This document shows positions 24,228 through 38,605 of a DNA stretch of 64,000 nt, piece after piece. A program made the position numbers and the translations under genes. The DNA lies in NCBI RefSeq assembly GCF_039654945.1, contig NW_027361825.1, positions 29,698,001 through 29,762,000 on the forward strand. The letters are read 5' to 3'. Position 1 is the first letter of the stretch; each line of letters begins with the position of its first letter. The notes beneath the pieces are model-generated. The model made no database searches, was not told the DNA's origin, and saw only the letters and a list, made by a program, of their open reading frames with translations. Source of the stretch: Dendrobates tinctorius (Eukaryota).

Positions 24228-26055
24228 ATGGAAATCAGATTGGTGGTCTTCAGTCTTATACTTGCCGCAATGACTGGACATCCACACCGGAGACGCTGCC
24301 CCATGTCCATATATGAATCAGTATCTTCTGGTAACATGAGGATGATCAAACAACTGCAGAATGAACATGTAAGAAGGGAGACTGTTTTATATATTTTTTT
24401 GTAGATGCACATCTATAGAGTCAGAAGTCAGGGTGCTTTCACATGTGTTTTGCTACAAGTGAAGAACCACAGCAAGTATAAAAGACAATTAGTCTAATCT
24501 CTTCCATTATGTTTTACTTGAGAACTTTTGGTGGTACAATTGTTGGTTAAAATGATTAATTGACTAGTGCTACTGTTGATCTGGTACATGATGAGATGAT
24601 CCATTTATGGTTGGTTCTTGACTTTTTGACTCACTCTATACAGTAGACATCAATTATTACACTGTAAGGAAGTATATTCTGGATGAGTTAATTTATAATA
24701 TACTATATACATGTACAGTACATCTAAACCAAATCCTGCTTTATCTATCAACAGGAGAAGACCATGTCCACCAGTGCAATCAAATGTTACAGAAGAATGG
24801 TGAGACACAAGCCATCTGCATGTGACCTAAAGGTAAATACAGATCTTTCACTTTATTCCATTATTGGGCTTGAAATAGTTCTTGAAAATAAAACCCAACT
24901 TACCTAGTTCGATATTTAGATGCACCTAATAGTTTCCTCTTCTTCACTTCTACAGACCAGTGACCATCTGATTTTGACACTAGAGCGAGTTAGAGTCTGT
25001 GCACATGCTGCGGATTCTGCTGCGGATCCGCAGCGGAATTGGCCCTTCGGATCTGCAGCAGTTTCTGCTGTGTTGTACAGTACCCTTTTAATCTATGTAA
25101 AATGAAAACCGCAGTGCACACGTTGCGGAATTTTCCACGCGGATTTGCTGCAGTTTTAAATCCGCAGCATGTCACTTCTTTGTGCAGGTTCCGCAGTGGT
25201 TTGGCACCTGCTCCATTAAAGGTGTCAAACCGCAGGGGAAAACCGCAGGTTAATCCGCGGAAAATCCTCAGATAATCCGCAGGTCTTTTGACCTGCGGAT
25301 TTACCTGCGGATTCAGACAAATCCGCACGGAAAATTCAGCAGCAGAATCTGCAAAGTGTGGACATACCCTCACTGTAACTACAGAAGTTCTGACGAATCT
25401 GTCCACATCTGCTGTACGTGACCTGGCATCACAGTCACTGGGGATGTTCCTCATAACCAGAGAAGATCTTTTGATCTGTGTAGGTTCATATGCTCCTCCT
25501 GTTCATTGACTGCATGGATTGTGCTTTTATGTTTCGTTGCTGATATTGGAAATATTGATTCATAACTAATCATTATCTTGCATTTTTCACATTCAGAAAG
25601 AATCACTAGTGCACAGTAAAGCACCTTCTGATGAGCTGAAGCCATGGCTGCACCATCTCCAGCTCTTTATAGAAGACGTAAGTGTCCTACGCTAAACTAC
25701 AGATGTACTAATATCCCTGTCTTTTCTTGGTGGAGGAGATAATTGACACTGGACTTGAACAGTAGATGAGGGTCAACCTTGACTCGAGCGACCCTATAAT
25801 GTTCTGAATGGAGACTAAAGTTGATGACATTATACAACTGAATATCAACAGAACATAGATGCAAGAACGAAGCCAATGGTATATAGTCTAGGAGAAATTG
25901 TAAGCAATGCAGAATCCATAACATGCATAATAAACGTTTTTCATATTATTTTGTAGGAATCTTTGCAATGACTCCAGGGAGCAGTGCTACTGAGTCATCT
26001 CGCTAGTGGTAGAAGTTATTGGATATTGGGCTCATGTGAAGAAACTAAATAGTAA
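24228..26055 (+). pseudogene. ifnl: IFN-lambda pseudogene B2
   Basis: Exon 1 24228-24368 intact (MEIRLVVFSLILAAMTGHPHRRRC...), exon 2 24755-24832, exon 3 24956-25479 with MITE, exon 4 25597-25677, exon 5 from 25957 with TGA at codon 5 and a 2-bp deletion. Confidence 0.9.
24993..25369. mobile_element. Same MITE insertion in B2 exon 3
   Basis: Identical insertion point to B1. Confidence 0.85.
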
Positions 26056-26347
26056 TTTATATTTATTTTCATTCTAGTTTTCTGTTCTAAAAATTATAAC
26101 TTTAATTAAAGCAAATTAATTTACCTATTGTTCGTAAAATTATCTGAAAAAGAAAAGCTCCGATTGAGAAGTGGTTAAGAAGTCAAAGTTAAATTGAGAT
26201 GATTCCAGAGATTTTGCAGGAGATGTGTGTATGGGAGAAAAAGCAATTCTATGGTGAATGCTGAATTCCAGATGGCAGCCGAATAGTGGTTTTGACAAAG
26301 GAGGACAAACCCAGTAAAGTACCAAAGGATTCTGCTGCGGCTCTTAG

Positions 26348-26636
26348 ATACCCGCTGTTTACCTTAGATATCAGCTCCCAGCATCGCTGATCGTGCAGGA
26401 ACGTCCTGGGCCATTTTTTGATCGTTGGTCTCTTGCTGTCACATGCAGCTATGCGCACTGGCCAGCGGGAGACCAACAATCAAAAAATGGCCCAGGACGT
26501 TCCTGCTAGATCAGCGATACCCAGCGGGGGGGCCGGTCGCTGATGCGCGTCACACACAGTGAGATCACTGGTGAGATCGCTGTGGCATCACAAAATCAGC
26601 GATCTTGCTAGCGATTTCGCTGTGTGTGACGGGGCC
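26348..26636. mobile_element. Left-truncated Harbinger-like MITE at the unit junction (also 13203-13360 + 17374-17508, and ~36050-36335)
   Basis: Right TIR GTGTGACGGGGCC followed by T(T)TA; internally palindromic; left TIR missing. Confidence 0.65.
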
Positions 26637-27049
26637 TTTACCAAGCCTTGCCACATGATTTTGGATAAGAAGCCAAACCATGGAATCTATTTGCACACAT
26701 GTATTTGGAGGCGTGTTCCCCTCCTCAGGGCAAGGCAGGAGATTTGATTTTGTTTAGTGATTTAACGTATAAAGGGAGTTTCTCCTTGTGGAGGGTGCCA
26801 AGCTGGCATACATATAATTATAGATCATAAATGCTCCTTTGGGATTAAATATGCAATGGGGTAGGGAGCAAATAGTGTGTGTGTAGCATTGAGTGTGTGG
26901 AACCTCTCTACTTAGTTCCTTTTTTTTCATGCGTAGTGTGAACCTGCTTAGGGTCCCCTGTTTTCACAGACATTACAGAAGTTAAAATAAATTGTACCTG
27001 GTTTTAGCTGGGGTCAACCCATTTTTAGCCATTGTCACCGAGTAATATA

Positions 27050-28380
27050 CAATTGTCTTTGAAAGTTTGCGAACCCCTTAAAATGTTTCCATAAATTTTT
27101 AAATTGACCTCAAACTACAATAGTTTTCACATATATTTTAAAACTAGATAAAGAGAAGCAAGTAGAACAAATGGGTCAAATTAATAGACTTTATAATTTT
27201 TTAAGTAATGAAAAATATCCGATATCATGTGAGTGTCAAAACTATGTGAATATTTAGTATTAGCAGATACTGTGAAGATGAAGTTAGAGATTGATGTTTT
27301 CAATCAACAGGATGACAATCAGGTGTGAGTGGGTGACCTGTTATATTGAAAGAGGACCAACCATTAAGTCAAAAGTGGGACATATTTGATCTTATTTAAA
27401 TCCTCCCGCTGGTCCCCTGAAAATGTGTTTTTTTTTTGTTTTTTTTTTAAGTCCACCATATAGTTCCAGAGACATGGAAACTATGGGTAGTGGTGCTCAC
27501 AGGCTAATAATGTAGAGCAACCTAACCCCCCAGAGAATCCTGTGAGCAACGCCCCCTTGGTAAAGAGCATACAAATGAGAACTAAACATTAGTGCCCATA
27601 TTTATAGAACCATAAACACAGGTACCTTTCAAAGTCTAGTCTTCACAATACATGTTTGTGAGAGTGTATAATGGCATGAAGAAATGAGATATCTGAGGAC
27701 CTCAGAACAAACATGGGCATAATCATCAGGTGGGAAAATGTTACAAATCATTTTCTAAAGAATTTGGACCCCACCAATCCAAGTCAGACACATTCTATAC
27801 AAATGGAGTAAATTCAAGAGTAAATTACACTACGGAGAGAAGGTCGACCAACAAAGATAACTCCAAGAACTCTGTGTATGATAGTCTGCAGGGTCACAAA
27901 GGAACCCAAGATAACATCTAAGCAACTAGTCCGTTCTCACATGAACTAATTTTAATGCTCATGAGTCCACCATCAGGAGGACCAGGAAAAACAATGGTGA
28001 ACATGGTAGGATTGTAAAGAGAAAGCTGCTTTTATCCAAAAAGACTATTGCTGCCTGTCTGCAGTTTGATAAAGATCACTTGGATAAGTCAGAAGGGTAT
28101 TAGAACAATGTTGACATGAAATAACGGTTTCTCCTCTAAATGAGAAGCATTATGTTTGGAGAAAGAAAAACACTATATTACACTATATAAACTCCATTCA
28201 ATCTGTAAAACATGGTGGTGGTTGATTGGGCCTGTTTTGCTGCATCTCGGGTAGGACAGCTTGTCACCAATGATAACTCAGTGAAATCTGAATTACACCA
28301 GCAAATTGCAAAGGAAAATGCCAGAAAATTTACCCATGAGCTCACACTCAAGAGAATACCTCATACTGCAAGAAAACTAT
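27050..28380 (+). mobile_element. Tc1-like remnant, unit 3 copy
   Basis: Paralogous to 2903-4335. Confidence 0.7.
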
Positions 28381-29014
28381 ATACAGTATCTCTGCTTTCT
28401 TAGAGTTGCTGAATATGTTTTGTCGAATATTTGGGTCTGTGGTACCTAATGTTCATATTGTGCAGATGATGCTCACTTTTTATGTTTTTCTTATATCTCT
28501 AGTTATTTCTTTTACATTGAGTGGGATTGTCAATAAATCAAGATGAACTTTTTAACAAGTTGTCAAACAAAGTTTAACTTTTTGAGAAAAGTATAATAAA
28601 GAACTCATACTTTTCTTACATAAAAAAATATAATTTTATTCAGCAGAAAACCAAAATAGAAATAAATCCAATAACTTAAATTAAGAATTATATATGTAAT
28701 TAAATAAATATTAATAAATATATATATTTCAAATTCTAAAAACATTTCTAGAGTATTCAGGTTTAAGAAAGTTCATAGAGGGATATTCTTCTGGATTCTG
28801 AGGTCGTATTTTGAAGCTCCTCGACCGGTGGCTGAAAATCCACTTGTAGTGTTAACTTATTGGTTTTATCTTGTATTTTCTTAACCAGTTCTTCACAATG
28901 ATCATGAATCATTGGAGAAAGGGAAGGGAAATATTCGTGATTTGCATAGGAATTGTTTCCACATTTGAGGAACATATTGTAGATTTATGTTTTTCATTTG
29001 AAGCTTCTTTGTAG

Positions 29015-30670
29015 TTACTTCCCAAGAGCCCAGCACCCAATATCTTCCACGACTAATGGGATGAGACTGTGTAACACAGCCTCCTGGAGACATTGTCGAG
29101 ATGCCTACAAAATAATATGTAATGTGATTAATATGCATGTTGAGAATTCACCAGTAGCAAAAAATATTGTCTTCCTGTTATCTCCTCTGTCTGCCTTCTA
29201 TGGGTTTTTTTTCTTCCTTTTTGTCTTGTCTATGTAGTACAGATTATTGTAAAAATGATCCTCTCTAGACATGAGCAGGACCTCATTGACTGTTTATGTA
29301 CAGGGTCACTTATCTACTCCAGTATGGAGGACAGGATCACACATCTACTTGTTACCGAAAGAAACTTACCTCTTCTATAAAGTGGTGGAGATGGTGAAGC
29401 CATGGCTTCAGCTTCTCGGAAGGTGTTTTACTGTGTCCTGGTGATTCTCTCTGATTACAAGATATACAAGATGGTTATAAGTTATAGGTATTTGTACAAA
29501 AACATAAAAGCATGTACTACGAAAATAATAAATATAAAGAGGGGACCATATGGACTTACACAGAGCAGAAGATCATCTCTGATTTTGAGGAACATCCCGA
29601 GTGACTGTGATGCCAGGTCGGGTACAGCAGATGTGGACAGATTTGCCAGAACTTCTGTAGTTATTGTAACTCGCTCCAAGGTCAAAATCAGACGATCACT
29701 GGCCTGAAGAAAGACATAAGAAAAATATGTGTCGAACAATGGTTCCTCAAGTATATTAGGATGTAAGAACATTTTATTTCACAGAACGTTTATGAAAGAA
29801 AGTGGTGTACACTACAATAGAAGATAATGCCAGATATGTACTTACCATTAGGTCACATACAGATGGCTTGTGTCTCATCATTCTTCTGTAGCATTTGATT
29901 GCACTGTTTGACATGTTCTTCTCCTGTGGACAGATTGAGCAGAATTTGTTGAAGCTTTAAATAATATTAAGTACACTGAATTTAAATAAAGTCATCCAGA
30001 ATATCTTTCTATATAGTGTGGCAGAAGTCAGGTATGCTTTTTCTCATCATTGACTAGACAAATGTCAGTACCAATTACTTAATTTAACCTACCCTACCAC
30101 AATATTAAAAACCTTCATATATTATAAATTTTTAATTGAAAAGAGGAGATCAATTTCTTTAAAGATTTGTATTGCAAGGGGCCTATCTTCTCAATCAACA
30201 GTCCCATTAGGGCTTGCGTCCAAACTCCACTGCAAAACAGGATTCGAATGTCTTCACCAATTATAGACTAAAATGGTGTCAGAAGAGCGAATATGAGCTC
30301 TATAGTGCATAATTTTTGGATGTATACACCTACTGGAGGTGGATACTCATACTTAGTAGACTATATCTGGGTGTCCGCCGCTCGCTTTGAGGAGGGATTC
30401 AAACGCATGCCCCAAAGCGACCCATGATCGTGAAGATAAGCACAAAATTAAAGCACCCTTAGTTTCTGACTTCTGACTCTATAGATGTAAAACTATAAAA
30501 AAATAATATAAAACAATTTCCCTCCCTACATGTTCATTCTGCAGTTGCTTGATGACCCTGATGTCAGCGGAAGATACTGATTGATGTCTGGACATGGGGC
30601 AGCGTCTCTTGTGTGGATGTCCGGTCACTGCTACAAGAACAATGCTGAAGATCACCAATCTGAAGTCCAT
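29015..30670 (-). CDS. ifnl: IFN-lambda copy A3, intact, 177 aa
   Basis: Exons 30670-30530, 29923-29846, 29703-29560, 29450-29370, 29104-29015; canonical splice sites, no stops. Confidence 0.92.
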
Positions 30671-31891
30671 GGCTAAAGTATTTGTGGAGACCTGGAGAAT
30701 TTATTCTCTTCCTATGAATCTGTGTATACAATAATAAAACAGAACATGATTCTTGCACATAAACTCATCATGCAAATGTCCTCTTCTACATATACGAAAA
30801 AAAAAAAAGACAATACTTAAAGATATGCACATATCATATATTATATTCCCCTGACAAAGCTGTGGGCGTCACAGCGATATGCATGGGGCCCTTTTTGACA
30901 TCCCCCATGATTGATACAGGACCCCTCCTGGGCTTTTGTATATGTGCCAGCAGGTATACTATCGCAGGGTCCTACTCTGGTATCACACAGAGCGAGAGAT
31001 GAGTGAACAGTCCCAAGAACCTTTATTACATGCAAACCGAAAGGTCCATAAAACAATCCACAACACATTGGATAAAATAGTCCAGGAGTACTAGTAATGG
31101 GATAAATGCCCCAGGGAATGAGAGTCACAATCCTCCTCTTAGAGATCCATATGGCAATCTAGCTCCAGATACATCTCCAGATAGGCTCCACTAGCAGTAT
31201 TTCTAGGGAAATCCAGGTTTCTCCAAGTCTCTCTGGGATGCTGGTCGTAGCCTCAGCATCCCACATAGGATCTATCTTACTTGGCTCTCTCCTCAGAAGT
31301 AGAGAAATATTCTCTTTTTACCCACATTTCTGTTACAGGTCATCCTCCACAGGTCAGGGGGAGGTGGCAGGGGTTCATGTCACATTGTTTGAGAAGTTAA
31401 TCAATATGCATAGTTTGTCCTTGCTCTGCAAGTCAACAATTCATAGGGAACCACACAATAGTCAATCAACATATTATCAGACATTGTTCAATGATCTTGC
31501 CTCCCTGTCTTGCAAAGACAGTAGACAATACCCTATAGGAGCTGATGTAAGAGGCAAGGAGAAGCCATTCAAAAATATCAAGAGCAAATTTTTAAAACTC
31601 AAATGACAGCAGTCTATGGTTCTTCATCTACTGAAAAAAAGACGTCTGGATAATTAACATCAAATTATGTGTCGTCACATTAGAGGGAATACATAGAATA
31701 ATACAGAGCAATGAGACAACACCGGTAAAATCAGTAAAGATATGATCACAGACAGAATGATATCCCACACACCAAATCACAACATCACATATAACTTGAT
31801 CCTCCTTCACTATATGCTTTAACATCGTGCTTACGTGGCATCTCTCTCTTTACTCTGAGACTCATACCATGGGCTTCTCCTTCTTTGTTCT

Positions 31892-33115
31892 CTAAAGCCA
31901 TTTTGCTTTAGCTGTTTTTTCATAATGCTTTCATATATACTTATCTCTGTCAGCTTATATTACAACATGTACTTTATTGGTGTATACTTGATATGGTCCT
32001 CATGTGGTCCTCGTATATCATCTCCCGGACACATTAAATAGATGGCACCATATATTGGAGGAATTCACTGATTTTTGATATTCCCTTCGGATTGTACCTT
32101 TCTTCTCCATTGGGGGGGATTTATATGCACACATATGGATCTTTTTCCACATATGTAGTCTAGATGCATATGGTGTACATTTCATTAGAAAAATGTACTG
32201 GTATTACAGAAATATATATTCTTCGGAACCATCATTGGGGTTCCGGTTACCATGTTTGTCCTATTGGCTGGATAAATCTACCTTCAAATAGTGATTGATG
32301 TGCAATGCTGCATATTGAATTGGCATATTATTGCCTGGGGTTTGCTTATAGTGTACTGATGGTTTTAAATGTCTTTTAGGTCTCAATAGACTTTTTTTTA
32401 TACTAGATGATATTTAGGTATGCATATCTTCATGTGCTGTGTTTTCCTTTTCTCTTACTGTCATTTACTCTCTCCACATGATATAGCACTCTTTTTTCTA
32501 TATGTTACTTGACTAGTGGTGCATCCTCTCCCCTAAAATTCTGCTTTAGCTATTTTGTCATAATGATTTCATATATACTTATCTCTGTCAGCTTATATTA
32601 CCACACGTACTTTATTGGTGTTTACTTGATATTGTCCTCCTATATCATCTCCCGGACACATTAAATAGATGGCACCATATATTGGAGGAATTTACTGTTT
32701 TTTTGGTATTCCCTTTAGTATTACCCTTCGGGATGTACCTTTCTTCTCCATTGGGGGGGATTTCTATGCACACATATGGACCTTTTTCCACATATGTAGT
32801 CTAGGTGCATATGGCATACATTTCATTAGAAAAATGTATTGTTGGTATAACAGAAATATATATTCTTCGGAAACATCATTGGGATTCCGGTTACCATGTT
32901 TGTCCTATTGGCTGGATAAATCTACCTTCAAATAGTGATCGATGTGCAATGCTGCATATTGAATTGGCATATTATTGCCTGGGGTTTGCTATGATATTTA
33001 GGTATGCATATCTTCATGTGCTGTCTTTTCCTTTTCTCTTATTGCCATTTCCTCTCTCCACATGATATAGCACCATTTTTCTATCTGTTACTTGACTAGT
33101 GGTGCATCCTCTCCC
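31892..33115. repeat. ~0.6-kb tandem duplication in the unit-3 intergenic region
   Basis: ~31892-32534 is repeated at ~32535-33115; junction CCTCTCCCCT|AAAATTCTGC. Confidence 0.85.
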
Positions 33116-33304
33116 CTCCTCCATGCTGTTCTGCATATACACCAAATAAAAGATGCTCACCTGTCCGGTTGACTTGCGTCTCTCTGGTGCTCTCAGCTCT
33201 GTTTCTTGTCTTCCCATGTTTCTCCTTTTATATTTCATTCTCATGGAGAAATTTTCTTTCTACGTTCTGAATTGAAATGACATGAGAAAAGTGTCTACAG
33301 CTGT

Positions 33305-33638
33305 GGGAAAATCTATCAACTTTCAGTTTCCTTAGTATGTAGGTAGGAATGTAACATCAGGTAACTGGGAGGAGACTCTTCCACTACTACAGGTGACTGG
33401 AGGAATCCCTGCTGTATACAGAGATATTACATATAACAGCATGAGGAAGTTACTGAGAGATGGGAGGATAGATGACATAAACAGTCGAATAATCTGTTTT
33501 ACATTGTTAAACGTAATATCTTTGCATATAGTAGGGATTCCTCCAGTCACCTGTAGTAGTGGAGAAGTCTCCTCCCACTTACCTGACGTTATCTTCCCAG
33601 CTACATACCAAGGAAACTGAAAGCTGTAAGGATTTCCC
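33305..33638. promoter_or_regulatory. Palindromic enhancer, unit 3
   Basis: Same structure as unit 1; sites retained. Confidence 0.75.
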
Positions 33639-33962
33639 ATGACTTCTGTCACTTGAATTCTAATCGCAAAGCGGAGTTTTCTCCTTATCCTGAAAATGAA
33701 GAAATTTCTCTCCTGTTACTTTACATTGAAGCAAAAAAGGAGAAACATGGGAATACAAAAGTCAGAGCTCAAAGCAGCAGGGAGACGCAACACAAATGGG
33801 CAGGTGAGCTTCTTCTTCTGGATGCTTGTATAAAATATTAGTGCTGTGGACGTCTACATGATAAGTTTATGTAAAATAATTATGTTCTATGCATGTATAT
33901 ATCTTACACACTGATCCTTTGGAAGATCAGAAAGTCTCCAGATCAGTCCCAATACTCCAGCC

Positions 33963-35754
33963 ATGGAAATCAGATTGGTGGTCTTCAGTCTTGTGCTTGT
34001 TGTAGTGACCAGACATCCACACCGAAGACGCTGCCCCTGTCCAGATATCAAACAGTATCTTCTGCTAACATGAGGATGATCAAACAACTGCAGAATGAAC
34101 ATGTAAGAAGGTTGTTTTATATATTTTTTGTAGATGCACATCTATAGAGTCAGAAGTCAGGGTGCTTTGACATGTGTTTTTTTACAAGTGAAGAACCACA
34201 GAAAGTGTAGAAGACAATTAATCTAATCTTTTCCATTATGTTTTACTTGAGAACTTTTGGTGGTACAATTGCAGGGTAAAGTGATTAATTGATTAGTACT
34301 ACTGTTGATCTGATACATGATGAGATGATCCATTTATGGTTGGTTCTTGACTTTTTGACTCACTCTATACAGTAGACATCAATTATTACACTGTAAGGAA
34401 GTATATTCTGGATGAGTTAATTTGTAATATACTATATACATGTACATCTAAAACAAATCCTGCTTTATCTGTCAACAGGAGAAGACCATATCCACCAGTG
34501 CAATCAAATGTTACAGAAGAATGGTGAGACACAAGCCATCTGTATGTGACCTAAAGGTAAATACAGATCTGTCACTTTATTCCATTACTGGCCTTGAAAT
34601 AGTTCTTGAAAATAAAACCCACCTTACCTAGTCATATATTTAGATGCACCTAATATTTTCCTCATCTTCACTTCTACAGACCAGTGACCATCTGATTTTG
34701 ACACTGGAGTGAGTTAGGGTCTGTGCACAGTTTGCACTCGCTGTGGATTCTGCTGCGGATCTGCAGCAGTTTCTGCTGCGTTGTACCTTTTAATCTATGT
34801 AAAATGAAAACCGCAGTGCACACGTTGCGGAATTTTCCACGCGGATTTGCTGCGGTTTTAAATCCGCAGCATGTCACTTCTTTGTGCAGGTTCCGCTGCG
34901 GTTTGGCACCTGCTCCATGATAGGTGTCAAACCGCAGGGGAAAACCGCAGGTTAATCCGCAGAAAATCCTCAGATAAACCGCCGGTCTTTTGACCAGCGG
35001 ATTTACCTGCGGATTCAGACAAATCCGCACGGAAAATTCCGCAGCAGAATCCGCAAAGTGTGCACACGCCCTCACTGTAACTACAGAAGCTCTGAAGTCC
35101 ACATCTGCTGTACGTGGCCTGGCATCATAGTCACTCGGGATGTTACTCATAATCAGAGAAGATCTTTTGATCTGTGTAGGTTCATATGCTCCTCCTGTTC
35201 ATTGACTGCATGGATTGTGCTTTTATGTTTCGTTGCTGATATTGGAAATATTGATTCATAACTAATCATTATCTTGCATTTTTCACATTCAGAAAGAATC
35301 ACTAGGACACAGTAAAGCACCTTCTGATGAGCTGAAGCCATGCCTGCACCCTCTCCAGCACTTTGTAGAAGACGTAAGTGTCCTACACTAATCTACAGAT
35401 GCACTAATATCCCTGTCTTTTCTTGGTGGAGGAGATAATTGACACTGGACTTGAACAGTAGATGAGGGTCAACCTTGACTCGAGCGACCCCATAATGTTC
35501 TGAATGGAGACTAAAGTTGATGACATTATACAACTGAATATCAACAGAATATAGATGCAAGAACGAAGCCAATGGTATATAGTCTAGGAGAAATTGTAGG
35601 CAATGCAGAATCCATAACATGCATAATAAACGTTTTTCATATTATTTTGTAGGAATCTTTGCAATGACTCCAGGGAGCAGTGCTACTGAGTGTTATCTCG
35701 CTAGTGGTAGAAGTTATTGGATATTGAGCTCATGCGAAGAAACTAAATATGTAA
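33963..35754 (+). pseudogene. ifnl: IFN-lambda pseudogene B3
   Basis: Exon 1 33963-34102 (same 1-bp deletion as B1), exon 2 34479-34556, exon 3 34680-35175 (CGA>TGA, MITE, CAG>TAG), exon 4 35293-35373, exon 5 from 35653 with TGA stops. Confidence 0.9.
34717..35071. mobile_element. Same MITE insertion in B3 exon 3
   Basis: Identical insertion point; slightly shorter. Confidence 0.85.
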
Positions 35755-36744
35755 TTTATATTTATTTGCATTCTAGTTTTCTGTTCTAAAAACTATAACT
35801 TTAATAAAAGCAAATTAATTTACCTATTGTTCGTAAAATTATCTGAAAAAGAAAAGCTGTGATTGAGAAGTGGTTAAGAAGTCAATGTTAAATTGAGATG
35901 ATTCCAGAGATTTTGCAGGAGGAGATGTGTGTATGGGAGAAAAAGCAATTCTATGGTGTATGCTGAATTCCAGATGGCAGCCGAATAGTGGTTTTGACAA
36001 AGTAGGACAAACCCAGTAAAGTACCAAAGGATTCTGCTGCGGCTCTTAGATACCCGCTGTTTACCTTGGATACCAGCTCCCAGCATCGCTGATCGTGCAG
36101 GAACGTCCTGGGCCATTTTTTGATCGTTGGTCTCTCGCTGTCACATGCAGCTATGCGCGCTGACCAGCAGGAGACCAACAATCAAAAAATGGCCCAGGAC
36201 GTTCCAGCACGATCAGCGATACCCAGCAGGGAGCGGGGGGGCCAGTCGCTGATGCACATCACACACAGTGAGATCGCTGGCGAGATCGCTGTGGCATCAC
36301 AAAATCAGCGATCTCACTGTGTGTGACGACACCTTTACAAAGCCTTGCCACATGATTTTGGATAAGAAGCCAAACCATGTAATCTATTTGCACACATGTA
36401 TTTGGAGGCGTGTGCCCCTCCTCAGGGCAAAGCAGGAGATTTGATTTTGTTTAGTGATTTAACGTATAAAGGGAGTTTCTCCTTGTGGAGAGTGCCAAGC
36501 TGGCATACACATAATTATAGTTCATAAATGCTACTTTGGGATTAAATATGCAATGGAGTAGGGAGCAAATAGTGTGTGTAGCATTGAGTGTGTGGAACCT
36601 CTCTGCTTAGTTCCTTTTTTTTCATGCGTAGTGTGAACCTGCTTAGGGTCCCCTGTTTTCACAGACATTACAGAAGTTAAAATAAATTGTACCTGGTTTT
36701 AGCTGGGGTCAACCCATTTTTAGCCATTGTCACCTAGTAATATA

Positions 36745-38605
36745 CAATTGTCTTTGAAAGTTTGCGAACCCCTTAAAATGTTTACATAAATTCTTAAATT
36801 GGCCTCAAACTACATTAGTTTTCAAATATATTCTAAAACTAGATAATGAGAAGCAAATAGAACAAATGGGTCAAACTAATAGACTTTATAATTTTTTACG
36901 TAATGAAAAATATCCGATATCATGTGAGTGTCAAAACTATGTGAATATTTAGTATTAGCAGATACTGTGAAGATGAAGTTAGAGATTTATGTTTTCAATC
37001 AACAGGATGACAATCAGGTGTGAGTGGGTGACCTCTAAGGCCTCTTTCACACATCAGTTTTTTGCCGTCAGGCGCGATCCGGCTTTTTTTTGTAAAACCG
37101 GATCCGGCAAAATGCAATGCCGGATCCAGTTTTTCCCCATTGACTTGCATTAGCGCCAGATCGCGCCGGATGGCATTGCGTTTCATCCGTTTTTTGCCGG
37201 ATCCGGCAACTTGTCTCATTCCGGCGTCTGGAAAAAACGGCTACTGTAACGTTTTTTGTCTCCGGCGAAAAAGCCGGAAGCGCTGGATCCGGCGCTTCCA
37301 GCTTTTTGCTTCAATGAAAGTCTATGGGCGCCGGAATGCGCCGGATCCAGAAAAAGATGGATCCAGCCACCGGATCCGTTTTTTTAAGTCTGCGCATTCT
37401 CAGATCCAATTGGCCAGCCCCCAGGAAACAGATATAACCTGCTAGATGGATCCAGCAAAAAAACGGATCCGTTTCTACAGTTCTCCAAAATTTATGCCGG
37501 ATCCGTTTTTTCTAAAAATAGCCGGATCCTGCCTGACGGCAAAAAACTGATGTGTGAAAGTAGCCTTATATTTAAAGAGGACCAACCATTAAGTCAAAAG
37601 TGGGACATATTTGATCTTATTTAAATCCTCCCGCTGCTCCCCTGAAAATGTGTTTTTTTTTTGTTTTTTTTTAAGTCCACCATATAGTTGCAGAGACATG
37701 GAAACTATGGGTAGTGGTGCTCACAGGCCAATAATGTAGAGCAACCTAACCCCCCCAGAGAATCCTGTGAGCAACGCCCCCTTGGTAAAGAGCATACAAA
37801 TTAGAACTAAACATTAGTGCCCATATTTATAGAACCATAAATACAGGTACCTTTCAAAGTCTAGTCTTCACAATACATGTTTGTGAGAGTGTATAATGGC
37901 ATGAAGAAATGAGATATCTGAGGACCTCAGAACAAACATGGGCATAATCATCAGGTGGGAAAATGTTACAAATCATTTTCTAAAGAATTTGGACCCCACC
38001 AATCCAAGTCAGACACATTCTATACAAATGGAGTAAATTCAAGAGTAAATTACACTACCGAGAGGAGGTCGACCAACAAAGATAACTCCAAGAACTCTGT
38101 GTATGATAGTCTGCAGGGTCACAAAGGAACCCAAGATAACATCTAAGCAACTAGTCCGCTCTCACATGAACTAATTTTAATGCTCATGAGTCCACCATCA
38201 GGAGGACCCGGAAAAACAATGGTGAACATGGTAGGATTGTAAAGAGAAAGCTGCTTTTATCCAAAAAGACCATTGCTGCCTGTCTGCAGTTTGATAAAGA
38301 TCACTTGGATAAGTCAGAAGGGTATTAGTGCAATGTTGACATGAAATAAAGGTTTCTCCTCTAAATGAGAAGCATTATGTTTGGAGAAAGAAAAACACTA
38401 TATTACACTATATAAACTCCATGCAATCTGTAAAACATGGTGGTGGTAGATTGGGCCTGTTTTGCTGCATCTCGGGTAGGACAGCTTGTCACCAATGATA
38501 ACACAGTGAAATCTGAATTACACCAGCAAATTGCAAAGGAAAATGTCAGAAAATTTACCCATGAGCTCACACTCAAGAGAATACCTCATACTGCAAGAAA
38601 ACTAT
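36745..38605 (+). mobile_element. Tc1-like remnant, unit 4 copy
   Basis: Paralogous to 2903-4335; interrupted by the MITE at 37039-37565. Confidence 0.7.
37039..37565. mobile_element. Harbinger-like MITE, unit 4 only
   Basis: TIR GGCCTCTTTCACACATCAGTTTTTTGCCGTCAGGC; TSD TAA/TTA; CCGGATCCGG-rich. Confidence 0.85.
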
